The notes beneath the pieces were generated by a model that had not been told where the DNA came from, searched no databases, and saw only the letters and a program-made list of their open reading frames with translations. From the IMG/VR virus record IMGVR_UViG_3300031521_000011, positions 32,001 through 96,000 of that record: a DNA stretch of 64,000 nucleotides; one strand, written 5' to 3'. Both the position numbers and the translations under genes were made by a program. Shown here piece by piece: positions 54,098-62,628 of the stretch; position 1 is the first letter of the stretch; each line of letters opens with the position of its first letter. The stretch comes from a virus.

Positions 54098-54797
54098 TAT
54101 TAACCCTCCCTGGTTCATTCCTTTTTTTGTAGATTTGTTCAAACCAATAGTCAAATACGACGCACGAATCTCCTTCGTCGTCTGTTTGTGGAGCGAAACC
54201 ATACGCTCCATACTTCGCTACCATCTTTTCCCTAAGAGCTGCTTTAGCTACATCTGGGAGCGCCCTTAATTCACTCTCGGTATGGCGTGAGGCATATTCC
54301 ATCACCAACCGGCTGGTATTGTGAGGCGCCCGGGCCACCTGAACATCATATTTCAAAACAGGTATCCCATATGTGCCAGCGACTCCCTCAAGGATCCCCA
54401 TGATTTCACCAAGCAACACAGATGTGAGTATCCCATGAAATATCTTATTCTTTTCTGCGATAACCAATTCAGGCACAACGTTTTGAATAAAAGAAGATAT
54501 CTGCCTGCTTATATCATCTTTTATGAAATTGTTCCTGGCTGTCCGGACCTCAACATCGCGTCTTTCCTTTTCAGACTTTGAGATGCTGGTCTCGCCCTCC
54601 ATCCAATAAGTATTTAACAGTGTACCATCACGGCCTGCAGGTAAATACTTCTGGGAGTGCATATATCCAAGCTCTGTTGGTGAATAGTTTGGCGGCATAA
54701 TAGGAGCACTTAAAACTCTAATAATAGTTTCTCCATCAATTTCAGAAACCGTTACGCCTATACACGCCGAAGATAAGTCAAAAGATATGATTTTCAT
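54051..54797 (-). CDS. RuvC-like Holliday junction resolvase
   Basis: IISFDLS..CIG, VIAE and DDEGD RNase H-fold acidic motifs. Confidence 0.7.
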   Translation of the reverse strand: MKIISFDLSSACIGVTVSEIDGETIIRVLSAPIMPPNYSPTELGYMHSQKYLPAGRDGTLLNTYWMEGETSISKSEKERRDVEVRTARNNFIKDDISRQISSFIQNVVPELVIAEKNKIFHGILTSVLLGEIMGILEGVAGTYGIPVLKYDVQVARAPHNTSRLVMEYASRHTESELRALPDVAKAALREKMVAKYGAYGFAPQTDDEGDSCVVFDYWFEQIYKKRNEPGRVNNGSTSRRRESRQRRG

Positions 54798-54833
54798 AAG
54801 AATCCCCCGTCATGTAGTAAAATAAAAAATGGA

Positions 54834-54862
54834 ATGAGGATGGACATAATGTCCATCCTCAT
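54834..54862. terminator. stem-loop terminator
   Basis: ATGAGGATGGACA/TGTCCATCCTCAT. Confidence 0.65.
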
Positions 54863-54879
54863 AAAACAAATGATTCGGT

Positions 54880-55788
54880 TTAGAACAAGCCTTTGGCCTT
54901 TGTACCATCCGGGTTCGCGGCAGCGGCGTTGTCGGGATCGACTTCGCCAGCAGCCTCTTCGTCCTCGTGAGCCATCTCGTTCATGATATCCTGCTCCATC
55001 GCGCGGCTGAACAGTGCGCTGACGGATGAAGTGAGCGCTTCACGACGAAGAGCTTCCTCGGTGCTGCAGGTGCCGTAATCGCCTTCCATGACGTCATAAT
55101 CCAAAACGAAGTAACTGCCGGAGGCATTGGCTTCGGGTTTGGCTTTCAGCTCAAGGTTGAAGCAGAATTGGGGGATGCCCTCCACGAGGCATTTGTAGAT
55201 GAAGCCTTTGGTCGGCCTGACGGATTTGCCGGAGACGATGAAGCGGAACAACTGCTGTTCGCCGCTCTCAGACAAAACCAAGCCCAGCCAGCTATAGCCC
55301 ATATTGCAATCAGGTTTATTTTTACCTTCAGCCTTCGCCTTGTCCCAATTCTGGTAGGGGCATGTGGCGCAGTTGATTTTGCGGCCATTGGTGTCCGTGC
55401 CAGTTTTGCCATCGATGGACCAGCACAGGGGCATGTCGCCACGCTTGAACTTTTCGGGCCAGCGGGTTCTGCGTTTGCCGAGAGCAAGCAGTGTGCATTT
55501 CAGAGAGTCTTCACTCTTCTCTGTCACTGAGTTATAGAACTGGCCTGGCTTTGATTTCTGTCCAGCAACTTCAGCTGATGTATACTGAACCATCTTGATT
55601 TTGGGCAGTTGAATATCAGTCTGATCAACGACTTCCATTCCGGTGAAGTGGCCATCTTCATGTTTGAACTGTGCCCGGAGAGCAGCGGAACGTTCTGCGG
55701 CGCGGAGAGCAACTTCTTTACTATCCTCTGCAGTGGTGGCGGTGGCGGCGGTGGTATCGGCGGTAGCTGCGGGTTTTTTGTCTGCCAT
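54880..55788 (-). CDS. putative ssDNA-binding protein with Cys cluster
   Basis: LPKIKMVQ..S, GQFYNS, C...CxxC...C; acidic tail ending in Phe; lies in the replication cluster. Confidence 0.6.
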   Translation of the reverse strand: MADKKPAATADTTAATATTAEDSKEVALRAAERSAALRAQFKHEDGHFTGMEVVDQTDIQLPKIKMVQYTSAEVAGQKSKPGQFYNSVTEKSEDSLKCTLLALGKRRTRWPEKFKRGDMPLCWSIDGKTGTDTNGRKINCATCPYQNWDKAKAEGKNKPDCNMGYSWLGLVLSESGEQQLFRFIVSGKSVRPTKGFIYKCLVEGIPQFCFNLELKAKPEANASGSYFVLDYDVMEGDYGTCSTEEALRREALTSSVSALFSRAMEQDIMNEMAHEDEEAAGEVDPDNAAAANPDGTKAKGLF

Positions 55789-55842
55789 TTTTCGGAGGCC
55801 TCCTAAGTTTATTTGGGTCTTCATTATACCACGATTTTGTTG

Positions 55843-56124
55843 TTATTTCAGCAAATCTTTAAAAGGTTTGCTGGGTTTGAATGCCGGCGATTGATGAGCG
55901 GGGACGTTGATTTTTTCTCCAGTATGAGGGTTCCGGCTGTCACGCGCTTTTCTTTCGGCGCCTCTGAATGTGCCCAACCCGGCCAAGGTTACAATGTCGC
56001 CTGACTTAACATGACTCTGTATTGCATCATCGGTTGCCTTGAATACATCTTTGACACAAGCTTGAGAAAATCCTGTCTTGTCAGCAACCTCCTTCGCAAG
56101 GTCTGCGCTGCTGATCTTTTCCAT
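55843..56124 (-). CDS. hup: HU-family DNA-binding protein
   Basis: VTLAGLGTF, ERKAR.SRNPHTGEKI.VPA and PAFKPSK motifs. Confidence 0.9.
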   Translation of the reverse strand: MEKISSADLAKEVADKTGFSQACVKDVFKATDDAIQSHVKSGDIVTLAGLGTFRGAERKARDSRNPHTGEKINVPAHQSPAFKPSKPFKDLLK

Positions 56125-56165
56125 ATACTCACCTCCTTTACTAAATATAAATGCTTCCGGAAGCA

Positions 56166-56180
56166 TTTTATTTCTTATAC
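56166..56180 (-). promoter_or_regulatory. phage promoter GTATAAGAAATAAAA
   Basis: consensus match upstream of HU. Confidence 0.75.
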
Positions 56181-56232
56181 GAAATGTGAAAAAAACTCCA
56201 TATTTTCCTATTTTAAACAACACATATGTCAA

Positions 56233-56652
56233 TCAAAAATTTTCTTTGATGTGGTCGATACAGTTTTCACACACCTTGTTGTTTTGGACAGGATGGAGTT
56301 CTGTATCATTTCGACCACATAGGCAGCACTTGAGCTGGAGTACACGAAGCCCTATTGCAATCTCACCATTAAAGATGAGAATGTCCATTTGGCTACCCTC
56401 TCTGATGTTCATACGGGTTCGTATTGCTGAAGGTAGAACAAAACGATTTAAAGAATCAACTTTGTGAATGTACTGAATTTCCTGCATGAACTTTTGCAGT
56501 GATGTATTTACAACCTTGAGTTTGACAATTTCCTCATCTTCATAGAAGGTGATACTGACTTCTTCGCGACGAAAATCTCGCACACCCAGAGGAATAGCAA
56601 TCCGTCCAAGATTATCAATTCCCTTGGAAACCCCTATTGATCTATAATCCAT
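56233..56652 (-). CDS. tandem AbrB/SpoVT-type regulator with C-terminal Zn ribbon
   Basis: IDNLGRIAIP and VDSLNRFVLP repeats; CCLCG...VCENC. Confidence 0.8.
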   Translation of the reverse strand: MDYRSIGVSKGIDNLGRIAIPLGVRDFRREEVSITFYEDEEIVKLKVVNTSLQKFMQEIQYIHKVDSLNRFVLPSAIRTRMNIREGSQMDILIFNGEIAIGLRVLQLKCCLCGRNDTELHPVQNNKVCENCIDHIKENF

Positions 56653-56667
56653 ACTCCACCCCCGTAA

Positions 56668-56682
56668 TTTTATTACTTATAC
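56668..56682 (-). promoter_or_regulatory. phage promoter GTATAAGTAATAAAA
   Basis: exact consensus after the terminator at 56690-56718. Confidence 0.8.
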
Positions 56683-56724
56683 GAAGTGCAAAAAAAGAGG
56701 GGGATCCCCCTCTTTTTTAAAATT

Positions 56725-57342
56725 CTATTCCCCAACGTGCTTCATCTTTGACGTAGCACACTTTGGACAATACATGTCGTTATTCTCATTATAATACATA
56801 TCCGGTATGTCATTTTTGGCAATCTCGGAATGCTTACAGTTGACGCACGTATAGCGTATATTTGTATTTAATGGTCCTTTTGTTAAGAGATTTGATGGAG
56901 ACTCAGCGAATACAGCCAAAAGATTCTCATTTGTATAATACCAAATGAAGCATGCTTCATTGATAAGTTTCTTGAATCCATTTGTGTATTCCACTGCCAG
57001 CTTATCCATCTCTGATTCTTGGCCAGATATCAGAGACTCGAAATAATCCTTTTTTTCATGTGACAATATAGGATTCTGAAGCATAGATTCATATGTAATC
57101 CTAAGAGTTATTTGCTCTACTACCTCACATGGAACTGCAATCAAAGTGAAATCAAACGGTAAATTAATATAATTGTGATTACTGATAAATGTCCATTTAA
57201 GTGCGTCTGGTATTCTCGGAAGAATACTTGATTCTTTTTCTTTCTTCTCAAGATCGATAGACGCTTCTGTCCAGAACATACTTTGAAGTATATCCATCTT
57301 GTCATAGTATAGCATCCCTTGTTGTATTATCATATTCCTCAC
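56725..57342 (-). CDS. hypothetical protein with C-terminal Zn ribbon
   Basis: CVNC...CPKC. Confidence 0.7.
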   Translation of the reverse strand: MRNMIIQQGMLYYDKMDILQSMFWTEASIDLEKKEKESSILPRIPDALKWTFISNHNYINLPFDFTLIAVPCEVVEQITLRITYESMLQNPILSHEKKDYFESLISGQESEMDKLAVEYTNGFKKLINEACFIWYYTNENLLAVFAESPSNLLTKGPLNTNIRYTCVNCKHSEIAKNDIPDMYYNENNDMYCPKCATSKMKHVGE

Positions 57343-57348
57343 TTCCTC

Positions 57349-57374
57349 AAAAAAGAGGAGTCTTGCGACTCCTC
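57349..57374 (-). terminator. intrinsic terminator immediately downstream of a phage promoter
   Basis: GAGGAGTC-GCAA-GACTCCTC followed by TTTTTT. Confidence 0.7.
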
Positions 57375-57379
57375 CATTA

Positions 57380-57394
57380 TTTTATCACTTATAC
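57380..57394 (-). promoter_or_regulatory. phage promoter GTATAAGTGATAAAA
   Basis: consensus match. Confidence 0.75.
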
Positions 57395-57398
57395 CATC

Positions 57399-58163
57399 CT
57401 AGGCCATTGGCGGCATTTTTGGAACGGGTTTGAGATACAGATCCCTGTCCTCCTTCAGCATTAAGAATGTCCAAACCATTTTCATAGCCTCTGGGCGATT
57501 CTCTTCCATGACGGCGGCATACTGCGACCAGAACTTATCCATATCATACTTTGGAAGGCAATCCTTGCAGAGAGCAACGTTAGATTCGTACACTCCGAAT
57601 TCGTTGTTGCATGACGGGCAGCGCAGGATGTGCATCCTATCTGTCAAGAATGAGCGGACCTGCTTTGTGGACCACCAGTCCATTGCATCAATAAATTTAT
57701 TTATTCCGATGCGCTCGATTTCGTCCTGACCAAATCCGCTCATCTTCTCAAACTTGATAAGGCCCCGGCGAAGGAAAGCCTTCCATATGACGTCATATTG
57801 CTGACTTGATCGATGATGGAGCTTTACGACATCGGACTTTATGAGTCCGTCGAGCGGACCACCCTCAAGCCCTGTTGGCTCCTTTGGCGACTCTGGCAGC
57901 GTGCTGATATTGGCCATCTTTTTATTGGCTTCAGCCAGATCAGATCTTTTGATATTATACCTGGGTATATGATCCTCAGGCCGCTTGATCCTATGGACAT
58001 TCTTGGCATCAATTTCAGATATGCCTTCTACGAGGTCTGCAGCTTCAGTGCCAATAAATGAAAGATCATCTTCCACTATAACCTTACTGTCACTAGGAGC
58101 GCTATATGCTTGAACATCAGGAGATTCTTCACCGGCGTCCTTCATAAGTTCATCTGTTTCCAT
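57399..58163 (-). CDS. hypothetical protein with Zn finger
   Basis: CPSC...CKDC; GAGGAGG RBS. Confidence 0.7.
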   Translation of the reverse strand: METDELMKDAGEESPDVQAYSAPSDSKVIVEDDLSFIGTEAADLVEGISEIDAKNVHRIKRPEDHIPRYNIKRSDLAEANKKMANISTLPESPKEPTGLEGGPLDGLIKSDVVKLHHRSSQQYDVIWKAFLRRGLIKFEKMSGFGQDEIERIGINKFIDAMDWWSTKQVRSFLTDRMHILRCPSCNNEFGVYESNVALCKDCLPKYDMDKFWSQYAAVMEENRPEAMKMVWTFLMLKEDRDLYLKPVPKMPPMA

Positions 58164-58247
58164 TCTCAAACCCTCCTCATTACGTGGTGTTTACAGTTTA
58201 CCATAATTCAAAAAAAAGACAAGGGGCGCTTTCGCGCCCCAGTTGTT

Positions 58248-58721
58248 TTATTTGTCCGCCGGCACATTCCCGAGGTTCTGATCAATCTCATTCAATGCAG
58301 CTTCAGTTTCAGCTGCGATTGCCTTGTCTTCCTCGAGGACAGATACCTGGGCGGGTTTACGACGACCACCCTTGGGAGCGGCGGGAGCGGCGGGAGCTAC
58401 CGGAACTTCAACCACAGGAACTGTGGCGGGAGCAGCGGCTGGAGCTTCAACAACTGTAGCTGTAACAGGAACCGCAGCGGGAGCTACAGGGGTAGCGGGA
58501 GCTGCTACCGGAGCGGGAGCTGCTTTAGCAGCGACCTTTGCAGCATCCGCTGCCTTCTTGGCTTTGTATGCGTCGAGTCTGCTCTGGAGACCCTTGGAGA
58601 TTCCGCCATTCCGGACAATCTTGCCTTCAGCATAGGCATTCCCTGAAACACAACCGAGACCGAAACCGACCAGAGCGGATCCACCAGCAATGAGACCGAC
58701 AACCAACTTAGGATTCAACAT
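58248..58721 (-). CDS. membrane-anchored Ala/Pro-rich protein
   Basis: N-terminal Gly-rich TM helix; AP-rich linker; AAGGAGG RBS. Confidence 0.75.
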   Translation of the reverse strand: MLNPKLVVGLIAGGSALVGFGLGCVSGNAYAEGKIVRNGGISKGLQSRLDAYKAKKAADAAKVAAKAAPAPVAAPATPVAPAAVPVTATVVEAPAAAPATVPVVEVPVAPAAPAAPKGGRRKPAQVSVLEEDKAIAAETEAALNEIDQNLGNVPADK

Positions 58722-58745
58722 GACAAAGACCCTCCTTAGATAATT

Positions 58746-58760
58746 TTTTATATCTTATAC
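58746..58760 (-). promoter_or_regulatory. phage promoter GTATAAGATATAAAA
   Basis: consensus match next to the origin-like locus. Confidence 0.75.
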
Positions 58761-58786
58761 CTGCAATATAAGCCTTTTGAAAATGG

Positions 58787-59210
58787 TCTCTTGGCACGAT
58801 ACCCCCCTCTCTTGGCAGCAAAAGTGCCTCTCTTGGCAGCAAAAGTGCCTCTCTTGGCAGACTCTTGGCAGACAAATAATTTTGAAACTTTTAAAGCAAA
58901 AGGCTGTACGTGCCATTAGGACTAGCTTCTATATATATATAATATAATATAATAATAATATATAGTATACTATAGAGTGTTTCTGCCAACAGTTTTACCG
59001 GAAAAGGTATGGGGGGGTATATTTTTATTTTTTTTAATATTTTTTTTCATTTCAAAAAAAAAATATTTATCCCCCCGGTACCTTTTCTGAGAATTTCGTG
59101 TCTCTTGGCAGAGAAATACCCTCAAACCCGCATGAATCCTCACTTTACCAGTTTTTGCCTGTGCCAAGAGAGGGGGGTATCGTGCCAAGAGAGGGGCATG
59201 TCGTGCCAAC
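58787..59210. repeat. iteron array + AT-rich core + 31-bp inverted repeat (putative replication origin)
   Basis: TCTCTTGGCA at 58787, 58808, 58829 and 58850 (21-bp period), variant at 58861, copy at 59101; inverted copies at 59162, 59183 and partial 59204; AT-rich tract about 58929-58975. Confidence 0.75.
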
Positions 59211-59234
59211 AGTTACTATTGATACTCCTGAAGA

Positions 59235-59263
59235 TTGTCATAGCACCTTATTGGTGGTATACT
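59235..59263 (+). promoter_or_regulatory. sigmaA-type promoter with extended -10
   Basis: TTGTCA-17bp-TATACT with TG. Confidence 0.75.
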
Positions 59264-59290
59264 TTTTTAAGAAGGAGCGTGACTTAAGCT

Positions 59291-61939
59291 ATGCTCGAAA
59301 AGATGACTACATTCAGAATTAAATTTTCTGACATCGAGATAATCGACGGCGAGTTTATAAAACAGGCGTCGGACAATTTCCTGCCCGAAGGGCATATGTA
59401 TGACCCTGATTTCCTTTACATGAAAGTTCGTGCTGTGTCGGCTGGTGAGTACTGGGGCCCGAATAAGAATGCTGACTTCTTCCCTGAAGCAGAACTTGTC
59501 AAATTCTACAAGACGTTCCTTGATGCTCATGCATTTAAGAACCATGAGAATAAAGATGTCGCCAATGCAATTGGTGATGTTATTTCCGCAATCTGGAATG
59601 ACGAGATGAAGTACGTCGAGCTGTTAATCCGGATTGAGCGCTCTCTGGCTCCGACGATTGTACGTGGCTTTGAAAAAGGCTTCATGACAGATGTGAGTAT
59701 GGGATGCAAAATTTCACATAGCATCTGCTCGAAGTGCGGCAATATTGCAAAGATTCCTTCGCAATATTGCGATCATATAAAGTATCAGAAGCACCATGTT
59801 TCTGACGATGGTGTGCGTATTTACGAAATCAACATCGGTCCTAAGTTCCATGATATCAGCGCCGTGCTGAGTGGAGCCGATAGAACAGCGAAGATGACGG
59901 GGTTGTATATTATGGGAGATAAAGTTGCCTTCACCGAATGGTCAGAGATGTCAAAGACGGCATCCATGGTAGACTCGTTTGCTTCGGAAGAATTTGGCCC
60001 CGGCAATCCTTTCTACAAGGTCGCCTCCGCCAAAGAGATCGAAAACTTCAGCATCAATGCTATTGAGTTCAAAATGGGTGATGATACCTTTAGTAAGGTC
60101 GCCGGCACGAAGCAAGGCCTTATGGACAAGGTTGCTGAGATCAAGAAAGAGATCCAGGCAAAGATCATGTCTGTTGCTCGCGGCGATGCAATGAAAACTG
60201 AAGGGCTCGATGAAGTCATTGATCTTTTTAAGATGTTTTACACAGAATTCCTTACACGCGAACAGTGTGTTGAGATTGGGAAGAAAATCAGCAGCATCGC
60301 CCGCAGGGAACAGATGCCGACTTCGGATGTTTTCAATACCCTGATAGGCATGCTGGAAGTGGCCGGCATAGAATTATCTTCTCTTGAGTTTGATCGCATC
60401 ACAAGCCAGTTTATGGATGGCGATGGTGACAGTGATTGCTGCTCTGGCGCTGATGGCTTCCGTCCTGAAAATTACAATGGGATCAAGCAAGAATCAGATG
60501 ACGCCATATCTGAATTTGGTATGGACGGCGGGCTACCGGCGGCGCTTAAATTACTGAGCATCATCCGTAATGCCCAACATAGAGGTCAGCCTATTCCTTT
60601 AAGTGAAAATCAGAACATGGGCACAAATATGCGCGTTATTATTTCACGCATCAACGCTCCGCAGCCGCCAATACATAATCCTTTGCTGGGCGACGAGATG
60701 ATGGATATGATTCGGCCAATGATTCCAGGCCGCAGTATGTATCGCCAGCATCTCATTCCTCGTGTGCTTCGTATTTCAAAAATGGCATCAACTCCAAACA
60801 TACGCAACCTGGAACATTTCATTGGACCGCGCATTCTGAAGACAGCTGCACAGAAAGATCTCAGCTATGACGCTGCCGGCGCAGCCTCGATGTATGCATA
60901 TGCCCAGTATCAGAAACTTCGCGAGAAGCTTGCGTTCAGCAATTGGCTGGATGATGAGTTTGCAAAATATGCTCACGAATTTGGTGCTGAGGGCATCGTG
61001 AATGAAATCGACAGCCTCGGCTCAATGGAGAAGGTAGCCCTTCTTGGTAAGGGATATACTGTTCGCAAAGCCATGCTGATCGGTGCGCCGCTGACATTCG
61101 GATATTCCGCCGCCCAGCGTGCACGCATGAGAAATGGTGAGAATGTTTCTGGCTTTAACCGCTATATTGCAGAGAATCCGGCAAATGCATTTATGATCCA
61201 GGCTCTTATGGGTCCTGCAGCATGGAAGGGCGGAAAAGCCTTAGCCGCCAAGCTTGGTGGGAAAGCAGCTGTTGCTGGTAAAAATGTTGGTGCATCTCCG
61301 GCAGTACATAATACCAAGAATGTTTGGCGCAATAGTAAGCTACTGGCTGACATCAAGGCTGACCCAACCCTCCAGAGGTGGCACGACTTCTTCACGAAGT
61401 ATTCTGAGGATAGCTCTTATATTCTAACCAAAGAAGCGAGTGAAGCTTTCGAGCACTATGACTCCACTGAAGGTGTGGATATATTCAAGAACGAACAGAT
61501 TGACAAAACTGCCATGGAGAAATTTTCATTGACACAGGTACAGGTGGATTCCATTAAGATGTCGATGATCATGGAATGCATGGAGAAGAGTGCAGCCAGC
61601 TCTGGAATTCTGAGGCAAAATTCTCTCACGAGAAATGATGTCTCAAATTTCATTAAGGTTTGTGCTGAATATCTCTCAGGTGAGGTCACAAAAGAAGCTG
61701 GCGATCTTAAAGATGTGATGATGAACACGGGAAGCGAAATGCTGTTTGCGAATCACAATCTGTCAATGCTACCGATTATGCCTGGAGCAGTTATTGACAA
61801 CGTTATATTCCAGGGGATTTTCAAGGCTTTGGAGAAGGCGGGAGCTAAAGGCAAAAGCAAAGGCGAGGTGGCTACGAACCTCGGGCAGAGCGCAATAAAG
61901 CAAATTCAGCAACCGGCAATTCCACCTATAAAGCCATAA
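59291..61939 (+). CDS. prohead maturation protease with long KxA-rich C-terminal extension
   Basis: N.N.D.F, FKNH.N, DVSMGC (putative catalytic Ser), CSKC..C.H and DISAV motifs; first gene of the head module. Confidence 0.75.
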   Translation: MLEKMTTFRIKFSDIEIIDGEFIKQASDNFLPEGHMYDPDFLYMKVRAVSAGEYWGPNKNADFFPEAELVKFYKTFLDAHAFKNHENKDVANAIGDVISAIWNDEMKYVELLIRIERSLAPTIVRGFEKGFMTDVSMGCKISHSICSKCGNIAKIPSQYCDHIKYQKHHVSDDGVRIYEINIGPKFHDISAVLSGADRTAKMTGLYIMGDKVAFTEWSEMSKTASMVDSFASEEFGPGNPFYKVASAKEIENFSINAIEFKMGDDTFSKVAGTKQGLMDKVAEIKKEIQAKIMSVARGDAMKTEGLDEVIDLFKMFYTEFLTREQCVEIGKKISSIARREQMPTSDVFNTLIGMLEVAGIELSSLEFDRITSQFMDGDGDSDCCSGADGFRPENYNGIKQESDDAISEFGMDGGLPAALKLLSIIRNAQHRGQPIPLSENQNMGTNMRVIISRINAPQPPIHNPLLGDEMMDMIRPMIPGRSMYRQHLIPRVLRISKMASTPNIRNLEHFIGPRILKTAAQKDLSYDAAGAASMYAYAQYQKLREKLAFSNWLDDEFAKYAHEFGAEGIVNEIDSLGSMEKVALLGKGYTVRKAMLIGAPLTFGYSAAQRARMRNGENVSGFNRYIAENPANAFMIQALMGPAAWKGGKALAAKLGGKAAVAGKNVGASPAVHNTKNVWRNSKLLADIKADPTLQRWHDFFTKYSEDSSYILTKEASEAFEHYDSTEGVDIFKNEQIDKTAMEKFSLTQVQVDSIKMSMIMECMEKSAASSGILRQNSLTRNDVSNFIKVCAEYLSGEVTKEAGDLKDVMMNTGSEMLFANHNLSMLPIMPGAVIDNVIFQGIFKALEKAGAKGKSKGEVATNLGQSAIKQIQQPAIPPIKP

Positions 61940-61955
61940 TCTTTACCCGAATACT

Positions 61956-61984
61956 TTGCCAAACGTAATTGGATGTAGTATTAT
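61956..61984 (+). promoter_or_regulatory. sigmaA-type promoter
   Basis: TTGCCA-17bp-TATTAT. Confidence 0.7.
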
Positions 61985-62020
61985 TATAAAGAGCTTTACT
62001 CTAAAAGGAGGCAGAATATA

Positions 62021-62611
62021 ATGCAAGGTTTTTATGATGCATGCAAGGACAATGGTTTCTTTAACGGCAAAACAAAGATTGCCAGCAATGAAGACGCCAA
62101 AAATGCCCTTAACGGTCTGGATCAAGAGCAAATCGACACTCTGGCACAGGCTTTGGGTGTATTTGGCAAGCAGGCTTCCGACGCAGCCGAGGAAAAGTCT
62201 GTCGAGGATAAAGTGACAGATGCCGCAAAGGCCAAGGCTGAAAAAACAGATAAGCCTGATGACAAAAAGGGCCAGGACAAGAAGGACGCCAAGGCTGACG
62301 AAGAGAAGGCCGACCCCGCCACCAGCGAAACTTCTGAGAAAAAGGCATCAGAAGTGCTGCGTGAAATTCTGACTGAGGGTGCAGAGATGGAAGCACAGAT
62401 TGAAAAAGATGCTTTCGAGCGCGCTGGTGAGATGCTTAAGCAGGCCGGGTACAGCGTGGCCCAGTATGTTTACGGCTTTATTGAAGACGAGAAGATCGCC
62501 ACTGTGATCGCCGATGAGGCTGAGAAGATCGCTTCCGAGGAAGACATGCCGGTCCTGCAGGTCGCACGTGATATCGTTACGGAAATCCTTAGCTCCATTA
62601 CTTCCGAATAA
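62021..62611 (+). CDS. acidic scaffold-like head protein
   Basis: at least seven KxA motifs; highly charged; follows the protease. Confidence 0.6.
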   Translation: MQGFYDACKDNGFFNGKTKIASNEDAKNALNGLDQEQIDTLAQALGVFGKQASDAAEEKSVEDKVTDAAKAKAEKTDKPDDKKGQDKKDAKADEEKADPATSETSEKKASEVLREILTEGAEMEAQIEKDAFERAGEMLKQAGYSVAQYVYGFIEDEKIATVIADEAEKIASEEDMPVLQVARDIVTEILSSITSE

Positions 62612-62628
62612 TATTCGGAGGTAATGAG

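Noticed and set aside
55843-56124. HU N-terminus MEKISS as a copy of the MEKIS(L/M)EK leader
   Set aside because: It is part of HU helix 1, lacks the second EK and KxA, and the gene is in the minus-strand class; probably coincidence
58787-58870. Possible CRISPR mini-array
   Set aside because: The repeat is only 10 bp with a 21-bp period and partly identical spacers, and no cas genes are seen; it fits iterons
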